DNA of 64,000 bases from an uncultured Holophaga sp. (GTDB taxonomy: Bacteria > Acidobacteriota > Holophagae > Holophagales > Holophagaceae): assembly GCA_963664825.1 (NCBI GenBank), contig OY761614.1, positions 256,001-320,000 on the forward strand, in the 5' to 3' direction. Numbering within the stretch: the first letter of the stretch is position 1; every line of letters starts with the position of its first letter. Shown here piece after piece: positions 7,752 through 16,633 of the stretch. Both the position numbers and the translations under genes were made by a program. The notes under the pieces were generated by a model, which saw nothing but the letters and a program-made list of their open reading frames with translations, was not told the DNA's origin and ran no database searches.

Positions 7752-9899
7752 CTATTCGGCCAGTTTGGCAAGCCCCAGCAGGGCTCGCTCCATGGTGGCG
7801 AAGACGGGCAGGCCCGCCTTCATGAGAGAGGCGCGATAGGGATCGAAGTCGAAGCCCGCGTCCACGGCGACGCCGATGCGGGTGCCCGTGCGGCGGGCGA
7901 TGGCCATGAGGGCGCAGGCAAAGGCATCCATCTTCTGGGGGTCGCGAGTTTCCAGGCGCTGTGTGAGGGGCACGAGGCCCACCACCACGCTATCGGCCTC
8001 CCCCTGGGCGATGAGCTCTGTGCCCTCCAGGTAGGGGGCCTCGGAGGCCATGGGCGTCAGGTCCAGGGGCAGATGGGCGCCCACCAGCCCCGAGAGGCCG
8101 TACTTCTCGATGAGGGCGGCCAGGGCCGCCTTCTCCCCATCGCCCAACCGAGCGGCTTCCAGGGGACCCTCCACCAGATCGGCACTGACGACGCTCTCGA
8201 AGCCCGCATTGGTGACGATGGCGGTCTTCTTCGGCTTGCCATCCGGGAAGGAGGCCAGCCAGAAGAGCACGGCATCGAAGTCCGCCAGGCTCTCGCAGAC
8301 GATGACCCCCGCGCGTCGGAGAAGGGCCTTCTGCAGCTCCCAGTCCCCGGCGAGAGCGCCCGTGTGGCTGCTGGCGGCGGCCATGCCCGCCTGGCTGCGC
8401 CCCCCCTTGTAGAGCACCACCTTGCGGCCCTTGGCCACGAGCTCCTGGGCGGTGGTGGAAAAGTCCAGCAGATCCCCCGGGGCAAATCCCTCCACGTAGG
8501 TGGCCAGCACCTTCAGTTCCGGGTCGGCGCCCAGGGCCTTCAGGAAGCCCGAGAGGCCCAGATCCATCTGGTTGCCGATGGAGCAGGCGTAGCGCATGGG
8601 GAGATAGGGGCAGGCCGACAGGCGGCTCACCAGGAAGGCGCCGGACTGGCTCACCAGGGCCAGGGGCCCCCCGGGCAGCCTAGCGGGCAGCTTGGCGGCG
8701 GGGATGAAGAGGGAATTCAGGTTCTTGTCGGCGCTCAGGAAGCCCAGGCCGTTGGGTCCGATGATAAGGGGCGTCCACAGCTTTTGGGTGCGGCGCTCCG
8801 CCAGGAGCTGCTGGACGCGCGCTCCGAAGCCGGACTTGTCGGCGCCGTCTCCGATGCCGCCGGAGATGAGGTAGAGCACCTCCGCGCCGCCCCCCTGGGC
8901 GCAGAGCTGTTCGATGGTCTCCACCGCGACGGGCGCCGGGAGGCTCACGATGAGGATATCCACGGGCCGAGTCAGCAGCTCCTTCACGCTCTCCAGGCAG
9001 GGCAGGCCGTCGATTTCAGGCGTTCCGGGCTTGATGGGCACGAGGCCCTCCCGCTCCATGCCGCCCAGGAGCAGGTTGTCCAGGATGATGCGGCCGGGGT
9101 TGCCGGGCTTATTGGAAATGCCCGCCAGAGCGATGCTGCGAGGGCGCAGGAGGATCTCCTGGAGCCGGGACGCATCGAAAATGGCCTTGGGCGCGCGAGG
9201 CGCAGCCGCCTCGCAAGTCCCCACCCCATCCAGGGCGATGGGCCGCCCCGTCTCGTCGAGGACTACGGGATTCATCTCCAGGAGGGTGGCGCCTTCCGCT
9301 TCCAGCAAGGCCACCAGTTTCCAGAGTCCCTGGAAGAAGGTCGCGAGCTTGGCCTCATCGGTGAGGGCCTTCCCCTGGCGCAGGGTGCCCAACCAGGTCC
9401 GCCCCAACCAATGGGCCTTGAACTCCATCAGCGCCTGCTCGGGGGTCGTCAGCGCCACGGGCCACAGGAGGGGACCGATCTCCTCGCCCCAGGCATTGGT
9501 GAGCACGCCGCCCAGTCCGACGACGATGGTCCAGCCCGCGTCCGGCGTCTTCCGGAGGGCCACGAGAGCCTCACAGGGCATCCCTGAGACCTTACGGAAA
9601 TCCACCAGCCGGGCAACAAGAGTGCCCACATACTCGCCGTGGGCGCTGGCGGTGGATTTCATCTGCTGATGGTGTTCCCAGACCTTGGAGGCATTGAAGC
9701 TCTCGAATTGCACCAGCCCCAGATCGGACTTGTGCCAGACATCCATGGCCGTCCCCTTGAGGACGATGGGTTGACCCTCCTCGAAGCCGAGCTGGGCCAG
9801 GTCTTCCTTCTGGCGCACCACGCCCCACTGATCGATGGCGAGACCCACCTGCTCGAGGAGTTCGTAGGCGTGGATCTCATGGATGAAGCGCGCGTTCAT
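7752..9899 (-). CDS. ADP-forming acyl-CoA synthetase family protein (ATP-grasp + CoA-binding + ligase domains)
   Basis: HKSDLG and EMNP (ATP-grasp), IIGPNGLG, VSQSGA, SIGNQMD and phospho-His motif AASSHTGAL. Confidence 0.88.
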   Translation of the reverse strand: MNARFIHEIHAYELLEQVGLAIDQWGVVRQKEDLAQLGFEEGQPIVLKGTAMDVWHKSDLGLVQFESFNASKVWEHHQQMKSTASAHGEYVGTLVARLVDFRKVSGMPCEALVALRKTPDAGWTIVVGLGGVLTNAWGEEIGPLLWPVALTTPEQALMEFKAHWLGRTWLGTLRQGKALTDEAKLATFFQGLWKLVALLEAEGATLLEMNPVVLDETGRPIALDGVGTCEAAAPRAPKAIFDASRLQEILLRPRSIALAGISNKPGNPGRIILDNLLLGGMEREGLVPIKPGTPEIDGLPCLESVKELLTRPVDILIVSLPAPVAVETIEQLCAQGGGAEVLYLISGGIGDGADKSGFGARVQQLLAERRTQKLWTPLIIGPNGLGFLSADKNLNSLFIPAAKLPARLPGGPLALVSQSGAFLVSRLSACPYLPMRYACSIGNQMDLGLSGFLKALGADPELKVLATYVEGFAPGDLLDFSTTAQELVAKGRKVVLYKGGRSQAGMAAASSHTGALAGDWELQKALLRRAGVIVCESLADFDAVLFWLASFPDGKPKKTAIVTNAGFESVVSADLVEGPLEAARLGDGEKAALAALIEKYGLSGLVGAHLPLDLTPMASEAPYLEGTELIAQGEADSVVVGLVPLTQRLETRDPQKMDAFACALMAIARRTGTRIGVAVDAGFDFDPYRASLMKAGLPVFATMERALLGLAKLAE

Positions 9900-9961
9900 G
9901 AAGGCTCCTGTCACCCGCGAAGAAAGGGGGCGAGACTCCTTGAAGTATCACGGGCGGGCCC

Positions 9962-9977
9962 TGTGGCGAGGATCACA
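9962..9977. promoter_or_regulatory. CRP/FNR-family-like operator
   Basis: TGTGG-cgagga-TCACA, one mismatch to TGTGA-N6-TCACA and extended by cc/gg flanks, in a divergent promoter region. Confidence 0.4.
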
Positions 9978-10171
9978 GGCCTATCCGCAACGGGCCGGAT
10001 CATCTCACTAGGAGGGGAACAGCCCTTGGGAATTTTCCGTGATGCACTCCTGGACAGGAAAATTTGGCCGATAACATGAATTGAAACGGGTCATCGAGTC
10101 CTAGGATTAATCTGTTCCAAGGCCCCAGCCGAATCGGGGTGAACCAAGCCACTCCTCACCAAGGAAGCGCC

Positions 10172-10576
10172 ATGAAATTGAAAACCGCTGCCATCGCCCT
10201 CCTCCTCGGCGTCGCCTCCACCTGGGCGCCCGCGGCGGACCTATCCGTCGCCGCCAAACTCGTCAAGATCATCGCCACGGCCACGGGCGGAAAGGTCTCC
10301 TGCCGGGATGCGGCCATGAAGGCCGCCCTGGAAGGTGTAGGAGTCACGGTGGACGGTGATTCCAAGATCGTCTGGGCCACCAATCCCATGGAAGTCAAGA
10401 TGGCGCGGAGTCAGAACCGCCTCGTGGTCACCGGCAACAAGAGTCTCCTGGGCAACGGAGCGGCCATCGCCATCGTGGAGGAGGGGGGCAAGCCCAAGAT
10501 CTACCTGCAACAGGCCAATATCACGGCCAGCGGCGTGACCTTATCAGACGCCATCTACAAGGTCGGCGCGAAATAG
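10172..10576 (+). CDS. Small exported protein, YfiR/HmsC-like
   Basis: Signal peptide; C-terminus GAAIAIVEEGGKPKIYL..NITASGVTLSDAI resembles the YfiR C-terminal pattern. Confidence 0.55.
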   Translation: MKLKTAAIALLLGVASTWAPAADLSVAAKLVKIIATATGGKVSCRDAAMKAALEGVGVTVDGDSKIVWATNPMEVKMARSQNRLVVTGNKSLLGNGAAIAIVEEGGKPKIYLQQANITASGVTLSDAIYKVGAK

Positions 10577-10587
10577 ACGATATCAGA

Positions 10588-10728
10588 AAGGGGGGACCGC
10601 CTGCTCCCTTCGCTCGCGACGTCCCCCCTTTGACCCCCACGCGGCGCCAGGGCAAAGCCCAGGTACCGCGTCTGTCATTTCAGTGGGGGACCGCCTGCTC
10701 CCTTCGGGCTCCGGGGATCATCCCCCCC
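10588..10728. repeat. REP-like hairpin cluster with a 22-bp direct repeat
   Basis: gggggaccgcctgctcccttcg occurs at 10591-10612 and 10685-10706. The first copy is closed by aaaggggggac...gtccccccttt. Confidence 0.7.
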
Positions 10729-11608
10729 AGCTCACCCAGCCCGCCCTTCCCGGAATCTCCCGGCGCGTGATCTCGCGAGCCGGGAGGTTCTGCTGTAGCC
10801 ACTCCGGTCGCCACTGGGCATGGGTCAGGATCCGGGTCTCCCGGGCCTTCAGTCCGGCCAGGAAGGCGTCGAAGACCGTCGCCAGGGCCCCGCCCTCCAC
10901 TTCGGTGTGAAGGGCGTAGACATTCAGGGATTCGTCGCGAATCAGGCCGAAGAGCCGCTCGTTGACCTGATGGCCATCCATCCCGTCGAGCCCCAGCAAC
11001 TCGTCCATGGTCGGCAGTGTGGTGGGAATCTGAAGGGTTTGGAGCCTCTTCCCTTTCACGATGGGGTAGAAGGGCTCGGTGCCCCGACAGTCCCCCGCGT
11101 AATCCAGCCCGTAGGCTTCCTGGAGCTCGAGAGTGGCCTCATTGCAGCGCCAGGCCGGGCTCACCGCGCCCCGGGCAGGCTCGCCGAAGACTTCCTGAAA
11201 GGCCCCGTGGGCCCGGTCGAACCAATCCTGGAGCCAAGCCCTGGACTTCCGATCCAAGAGATCGTGGTACTGCACATGATCCCAGCCGTGGATGGCCACC
11301 TCGTGGCCCGCCTCCCGGGCGGCGCGCATCTGTTCGGCGGCCCGGGTGTAGATGATGGGGGCCGGGAGCAGGACGCCGTACATCATCGTCTTGAAGCCGT
11401 ACAGCTTCACGCCGTTGGTGCGGCGCATCTTCTCCAGGAAACCCTTGCGGAAGATGCGCCGGAGCGCCTTTCCGGAGTTATCGGGACCGAAGGAAAAATA
11501 GAAACTGGCGCGCATCCCATGGCGGTCGAGCATGCGCAGCAGATTGGGAATGCCCTTGAGGGAACCCTCCAGGGTGTCCACATCCACGCGAAGGGAAAGA
11601 CTCTTCAT
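10718..11608 (-). CDS. arnD: ArnD-like polysaccharide deacetylase (undecaprenyl-P-Ara4FN deformylase family)
   Basis: LRVDVDT, FSFGPDNSG, HGWDH, QIPTTLPTMDE and HTEVEG match the ArnD pattern. Confidence 0.78.
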   Translation of the reverse strand: MKSLSLRVDVDTLEGSLKGIPNLLRMLDRHGMRASFYFSFGPDNSGKALRRIFRKGFLEKMRRTNGVKLYGFKTMMYGVLLPAPIIYTRAAEQMRAAREAGHEVAIHGWDHVQYHDLLDRKSRAWLQDWFDRAHGAFQEVFGEPARGAVSPAWRCNEATLELQEAYGLDYAGDCRGTEPFYPIVKGKRLQTLQIPTTLPTMDELLGLDGMDGHQVNERLFGLIRDESLNVYALHTEVEGGALATVFDAFLAGLKARETRILTHAQWRPEWLQQNLPAREITRREIPGRAGWVSWGG

Positions 11609-12321
11609 GCCGAGTGCCCGTTCCGCAGGTTTTCAGAGCGGTCCGTCCTCCGCGCCTGGATGAAGCGCCGCAGGGCCTCCCGGGTCTGGTCGGTCATGCA
11701 GCCCAGCACCAGTCCCAGGCGGGTGGGCAGGGCATCCTCGTCCAGCCATTCCAAGTGGCACACCTTGCCGGTGGTGCGCACCTGGACCCCCCCGGGCAAT
11801 TCGGTCTCCACCTCCACCTGGGCGTGGAGATCGATGAACAGGTGCTCGGTGAGCCCGAGTCCCAGGCCGGTCTCCGTGAGATTGAGCAGCTTGGCGGGAT
11901 AGACCCGGTCCTTGAATTCCAGTTTGGCCTCCAGGGGCGGGAGATCGGCGGTGGCCACACGGACATCGCCCCGCTGGTGGACCTCCATGTGAGCCTGGGG
12001 CCATTCGATCCTCAGGACCGGGGGATAGAGCGTATCGGAATCCCCGCACAGGATGGGGTCCAACATGCGGCTCTGGAGGGAAAGAATCTCGTCTTCCATC
12101 AGCACCGAAACGGCCACCGCCGCCCCCTTGGGAGGCAACTGGTCCCGGCGTTTGGCGCCGCTCAGATGGACCGCGACCCCGGCTTCGATGCCGGTGATGT
12201 GGAGATCCCCCAGGAGCCGGACGCTGCCCACGGCCCGCACACTCGCCGGGACCATGGATTCCCTCGCCTTCTGGAGCAGGTCCTCCATTTCCTTGGGACT
12301 CAGGTTCCTGAATTCGGACAT
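11605..12321 (-). CDS. PilZ domain-containing protein
   Basis: RxxxR (QRGDVR) followed by NLTETG and a C-terminal GL.L...REALRRFI segment. Stop overlaps the arnD start (ATGA). Confidence 0.8.
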   Translation of the reverse strand: MSEFRNLSPKEMEDLLQKARESMVPASVRAVGSVRLLGDLHITGIEAGVAVHLSGAKRRDQLPPKGAAVAVSVLMEDEILSLQSRMLDPILCGDSDTLYPPVLRIEWPQAHMEVHQRGDVRVATADLPPLEAKLEFKDRVYPAKLLNLTETGLGLGLTEHLFIDLHAQVEVETELPGGVQVRTTGKVCHLEWLDEDALPTRLGLVLGCMTDQTREALRRFIQARRTDRSENLRNGHSA

Positions 12322-12332
12322 TTCAATTCCTT

Positions 12333-13073
12333 TCAAAGCCCATGAAAGAGACGCTCGGCAAGATTCGGATGAAGTCCCGCGGCCTGGATGGCTTTCGCGG
12401 CCCCCTTGTAGTCGTATTCCAGCCGGTGGAGCCGCAGGCGCTTTCCCTTGGGATCGTAGCTGGCAAAGCTAAGCCGGGTATCCCGATCCCGGGGTTGTCC
12501 CACGGAACCGGGGTTGATCAGGTAGCGGCAGCCTTCCCGCAGACGGAACCAGGAACCGGCCTCCAGGTGGATCCAGGTCAGGGTGCCCCGGCCCTCGTCC
12601 AGCTCGAAACCGCCCGGCAGATGGGTGTGGCCGAAGAAACAGAGCTGGGAACGGAAGGCATCGAAGGCCGACAGGGCCTCCCGGGGATGAAGGATGTAGG
12701 CATCCTCGTCCACCGGAGAACCGTGGGAGATCTCGTAATCATCACCCACCCAGGACGGCCCTTCCGGCAGTTCCTGGAGGAAGCGCCGATGCTCCCGGGT
12801 CAAACGTTCCCGAGTCCAGGCCGCGGCCGTCCGGGCAGGGAGACTGAAGCTGCCATCCTCCTCGGCCCAGGCGCAGGCCCGATCATGGTTGCCCCGCACC
12901 AGGATCCTGGGCTTCAGGGTCTGGATGCGATCCAGCACCTGGTTGGGCTGAGCGCCGTACCCCACGAGATCGCCCAGAAGGACGAAGCGGGAGACCGCCC
13001 GCCGATGGGCGTACCGCATCACCGCGCGCAGGGCGTGGAGGTTGGCGTGGATGTCAGAGAGAATGAGGTCCAT
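12333..13073 (-). CDS. Metallophosphoesterase family protein
   Basis: SDIHAN, GDLVGYG, GNHD, HGSP, GHTH and NPGSVGQPRD. Confidence 0.92.
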   Translation of the reverse strand: MDLILSDIHANLHALRAVMRYAHRRAVSRFVLLGDLVGYGAQPNQVLDRIQTLKPRILVRGNHDRACAWAEEDGSFSLPARTAAAWTRERLTREHRRFLQELPEGPSWVGDDYEISHGSPVDEDAYILHPREALSAFDAFRSQLCFFGHTHLPGGFELDEGRGTLTWIHLEAGSWFRLREGCRYLINPGSVGQPRDRDTRLSFASYDPKGKRLRLHRLEYDYKGAAKAIQAAGLHPNLAERLFHGL

Positions 13074-13237
13074 AGGGGGATTTCAGGAGAGTGTCGCATG
13101 ATCCCGTCCCCGGACGATATTTCCTTGAGCAGGGGACTTCTCCGACTCTGGGATATGCAAAGGCTGGGAGGGACTCCCCAGTCTAGATGCCGCAATCGGG
13201 CCACTCGTCACAATCGGGAAAATTCACCCCGCCCTTT

Positions 13238-14383
13238 TCAGGCGGGCAGCAGTCCCGCCGCCAGTGCCTCCGGGCTGCGCCCCAGAGGGAGGACCATGGG
13301 AGCCTCGGCCCAGCGCGCCGTCCGGACGCGCCAGCGGGCCAAGAAAGGGCCCCGCTGGCGGGCCAGGGGCCGCTCGGGATCCTGGGCCACGCGTTCCCAA
13401 GCCACACGGGGGTCTTCCGCGATCCAGAGCACCTGGCAGGCCGCTTCGCGCACCCTTTCCCGAATTTTTGGACTCTCCCAGGCGCCCCCTCCCAGGGCCA
13501 CCACCCGGGGCCTTTCCAGCAGAGAGGAGAGGCCCTCTTCTTCAAGGCAACGGAAGGCCCCTTCGCCCTCCTCCGCGAAGATGCGGGCAATGGGCTTCCG
13601 GACCTGCCGCGCCACCTCCTCATCCAGATCGAGGGCGGGCAAGCCGAGCCTCGCCGCCAGGGCCCGGGCCAGGGCGGACTTCCCGCTGCCGCTGCCCCCC
13701 ACCAGAATGAGGCCGCTCCTGCGAAGGGGAGGCATGGCCCGCCAGCGCGCCAGCTGGGCCTTCCAGAGCAGTTCCGAGGGCGATTCGACCCGGGTGATCT
13801 CGCCCACCATGGCCAGACTCTCGGCCCCGACCTGGAAACAGGCCTCCGCATCCGCCAGGGTAAGCCCGCCGATGGCCACGGGCGCAAGGTCCTGGGCCCG
13901 GAGCTCCGCACAGCCCCGGCGCAGTCCCTCCAGGCCGATGGGCACGGCGTGATCCCCCTTGGTCGCCGTCGCCCGGAAGGGCCCCAGCCCCGCATGATCG
14001 CAGGCCTCGTCCACTAGGTCCCACTCCCGATCCTCATGGGTGGAGGTGCCTAGATGCAGTCCCGAAAGCCCCGACAGGCGCCGGGCCTGGGAGGGGGGCA
14101 GGTCCCCCTGGCCGAGATGGAGACCCCAGGGAGGAAGTCCTTCCCGAGCCGCCAGAACCGCCAGGTCCGCGCGGTCATTGACACAGATCAGGGGCCAACC
14201 ACCATTGGCCTCGGATTCCTCCAGGGCCGTGCGCAACTGGCACCATTGTTCGCCCGCATCCAGCGGCTTTCCCCGGAACTGCACCAGGGGAAAGCCCCAT
14301 TCCCCCAGGCGGCGGATCTGGGCCGCCAGAGGCAGCGCATTCCGGGCATCGGTGATGGGATAGAGGGGCGGGAGCTGGAGCAT
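13238..14383 (-). CDS. Fusion of thiamine-phosphate synthase (ThiE) and shikimate kinase (AroK)
   Basis: N-terminal half: LYPITD, VQFRGK, VNDRADLA, GLHLGQGD, GTSTH, TATK, AIGG. C-terminal half: GGSGSGKS, DLD, IFAEEGE.AFR, ALGGG, RPL. Confidence 0.85.
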   Translation of the reverse strand: MLQLPPLYPITDARNALPLAAQIRRLGEWGFPLVQFRGKPLDAGEQWCQLRTALEESEANGGWPLICVNDRADLAVLAAREGLPPWGLHLGQGDLPPSQARRLSGLSGLHLGTSTHEDREWDLVDEACDHAGLGPFRATATKGDHAVPIGLEGLRRGCAELRAQDLAPVAIGGLTLADAEACFQVGAESLAMVGEITRVESPSELLWKAQLARWRAMPPLRRSGLILVGGSGSGKSALARALAARLGLPALDLDEEVARQVRKPIARIFAEEGEGAFRCLEEEGLSSLLERPRVVALGGGAWESPKIRERVREAACQVLWIAEDPRVAWERVAQDPERPLARQRGPFLARWRVRTARWAEAPMVLPLGRSPEALAAGLLPA

Positions 14384-14513
14384 GGTGCAGACAGGTTAAC
14401 GCCCCGGAAGCCCATCCGGTTTCGCGTTCAAAGGATCTGATTCACCACGACACGGGAGTCCAGGGATGAAGCAGCGCCTGGCTTTTCCGGGATCATTTCC
14501 GTGGTGCAGGATC

Positions 14514-15056
14514 CTAGGCCGTGGGCCCCTCGATGGGTTCCAGCGTGAGCATGGGGCTATTGATCTCCATGGTGGCGCCTTCCTCCACGTGAATACAGAC
14601 CACCTTGGCGTTCATGGGCGCGGTGTACTCGTTCTGCATCTTCATGGCTTCCAGGATGAGGATGGGCTGGCCCTCTTCCACCGTCTCGCCCTCCTGGACC
14701 AGGAGCTTGACCACCTTGCCGGGCATCAGGGCCTTCACCAGGCCACATCCGGCCAGCTTGGCCCGGGCCATGGCGGCGGCCAGCAGGGTCTTGTGGGGAT
14801 CCTGGAGGGTGAAATCGTAGGCGCCATCGTAGAGGCTGGCCCGGAAACCGTGGAGATCGGGATCCATGGTGCGCACCCGGTCGATGTTCACACCCACCGA
14901 ATGGCCTTCCATGATGATGGAATAGCTGGTGGGCTCGACCCTCACCAGGTCCAGGGGGATCTCCTCACCATCCCAGACCATGAGGAGCGTCCCATGGTGC
15001 CTGTGGATCTCGAGTTCGTGGGTCTCGTCGCCGATCGTCAGTGTGCGTTTCATCAT
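14514..15056 (-). CDS. Biotin carboxyl carrier protein with N-terminal BT-like domain
   Basis: ALMPGKVVKLLV and the biotinylation motif EAMKM. Confidence 0.92.
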   Translation of the reverse strand: MMKRTLTIGDETHELEIHRHHGTLLMVWDGEEIPLDLVRVEPTSYSIIMEGHSVGVNIDRVRTMDPDLHGFRASLYDGAYDFTLQDPHKTLLAAAMARAKLAGCGLVKALMPGKVVKLLVQEGETVEEGQPILILEAMKMQNEYTAPMNAKVVCIHVEEGATMEINSPMLTLEPIEGPTA

Positions 15057-15080
15057 TCCATCCTGCGTGAATGCATCGAT

Positions 15081-16598
15081 TTAGAAGCGGTTGAACTTCC
15101 CGTGGCGCTTCCAGGCCTCTCCAGGCCCGTCCGCCCCCACGGGCTGCTGCGCCCGGAATTCCTCCAACTCCAGCTCGTCGAAGAGGGCCGCGGCCACCGC
15201 GAACTTCAGGTTGGGACCCATGCCTTTCTGCTTCCACCAGGGGTGGTCCAGCAGGTTGGTGCAGTACTCGCCCTTCAGGAAGGGCTTGTGCTCGGTAAGG
15301 GCCTTGTGGAAGGCCACGTTGTTGCGCACCCCGCCGATGCGATATTCCGAAAGGGCCGCGTGCATCCGGGCGATGGCCAGCTCCCGGTTGGGTCCCCAGG
15401 TGCTGAGCTTGGAGAGCAGGGGCGCGTAGAAAGCCGAGAGCTCCCAGCCATAGAAGACGCCACTGTCATCCCGCACATTGCGCCCCGCGGGCGTGCGGAG
15501 ATAGTTGATGAGCCCGGCACTGGGAGCGAAGTCCCGGTGGGGATCCTCGGCGTTGATGCGGCACTGAAAGGCGTGGCCCCACAGGGGAATCTGCTCCTGG
15601 GTCAGGGGCAGGGTCTCGCCCTTCGCGACGCGAATCTGCCAGCGGACGAGATCCTCCCCGGTGATCCACTCCGTGACCGCGTGTCCCCCCTGGATCCGGC
15701 AGGTCATCTCCAGGAAGTAAAAGTTCCGATTCTCGTCCAGCAGGAATTCCACCGTGCCGACGCCCACATAGCCCGCCTTCCGGGCGATGGCGATGGCCGC
15801 TTCGCCCAGCTGGGTGCGAAGCTCCGGGGTCACGAAGGGCGAAGGCGCCTCCTCGGCCACCTGCTGGAAACGGCGCTGGATCGATCCGTCCCGCTCCCAC
15901 ATGTGCACGTAGTTTCCGTGGGTATCGCCCACGATCTGCACCTCGATGTGCCGGGCATGGGTCAGGGCCTTCTCGACGTAGACCCGCTCATCCCAGAAGC
16001 TGAAGATGGCGTCGCCCTTCACTCGGGGAAGGGCTCGGCGCAGTTCCCCGGGGGTCTTCACCCGACGCATCCCCTTGCCATCCCGGCCGAGCACGGGCTT
16101 CACCATGAGCGGATAACCCAGTTCACCGGCCTTGGCCACCAGGGTCTCGTCATCCAGGGTCTCGGCGATGGCCGGCAGGACCGGCACGCCCAGCTTCTGA
16201 GCGAGTTCCCGGGCCTTGACCTTGTCGCCCATGATCTCCAGGGTCTCGGGACTGGGTCCCACCCAGGTGAGCCCGGCCTCCTGGATCTTCCGGGCGGCTT
16301 CCGGGTCCTCGCTGATGAACCCGTAGCCGGGATGGATGGCGTCGGCGCCAGAGAGCTGGGCGGCCTCGATCAGGTGGTCCACCCGCATGTAGCTTTCCCG
16401 GCTGGGCGTGGGGCCGATGGGGTAGGAATCGACGGCTAGGCGGACATGCATGGAGCAGCGATCAGAGTCCGAAAAGACCGCCACCGTGGGGATATCCATC
16501 TCCCGGCAGGTGCGGATGATCCGGCAGGCGATCTCTCCCCGGTTGGCGATGAGCAGCTTGGTGACGGGCATGGTTTCATCCTTCACGAACTTCGACAC
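15081..16598 (-). CDS. Biotin carboxylase-like protein with degenerate active site
   Basis: KLLIANRGEIACRIIR, AIHPGYGF, RHIEVQ, GVGTVEFL and CRINAED are present, but several catalytic motifs are altered (see findings). Start is GTG 16598 or ATG 16571. Confidence 0.9.
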   Translation of the reverse strand: MSKFVKDETMPVTKLLIANRGEIACRIIRTCREMDIPTVAVFSDSDRCSMHVRLAVDSYPIGPTPSRESYMRVDHLIEAAQLSGADAIHPGYGFISEDPEAARKIQEAGLTWVGPSPETLEIMGDKVKARELAQKLGVPVLPAIAETLDDETLVAKAGELGYPLMVKPVLGRDGKGMRRVKTPGELRRALPRVKGDAIFSFWDERVYVEKALTHARHIEVQIVGDTHGNYVHMWERDGSIQRRFQQVAEEAPSPFVTPELRTQLGEAAIAIARKAGYVGVGTVEFLLDENRNFYFLEMTCRIQGGHAVTEWITGEDLVRWQIRVAKGETLPLTQEQIPLWGHAFQCRINAEDPHRDFAPSAGLINYLRTPAGRNVRDDSGVFYGWELSAFYAPLLSKLSTWGPNRELAIARMHAALSEYRIGGVRNNVAFHKALTEHKPFLKGEYCTNLLDHPWWKQKGMGPNLKFAVAAALFDELELEEFRAQQPVGADGPGEAWKRHGKFNRF

Positions 16599-16633
16599 CG
16601 TCCAGGTCGGACGCGATGGGGCATCATAGGAAG

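Noticed and set aside
7350..9587. Long antisense ORFs (for example 7350-9587, 14466-16439, 18208-20088, 60213-62744)
   Set aside because: These are shadow frames of well-supported genes on the opposite strand in high-GC DNA, with no recognisable motifs.
10591..10706. CRISPR-like repeat-spacer-repeat
   Set aside because: Only two 22-bp copies with a 72-bp self-structured spacer, and no cas genes.
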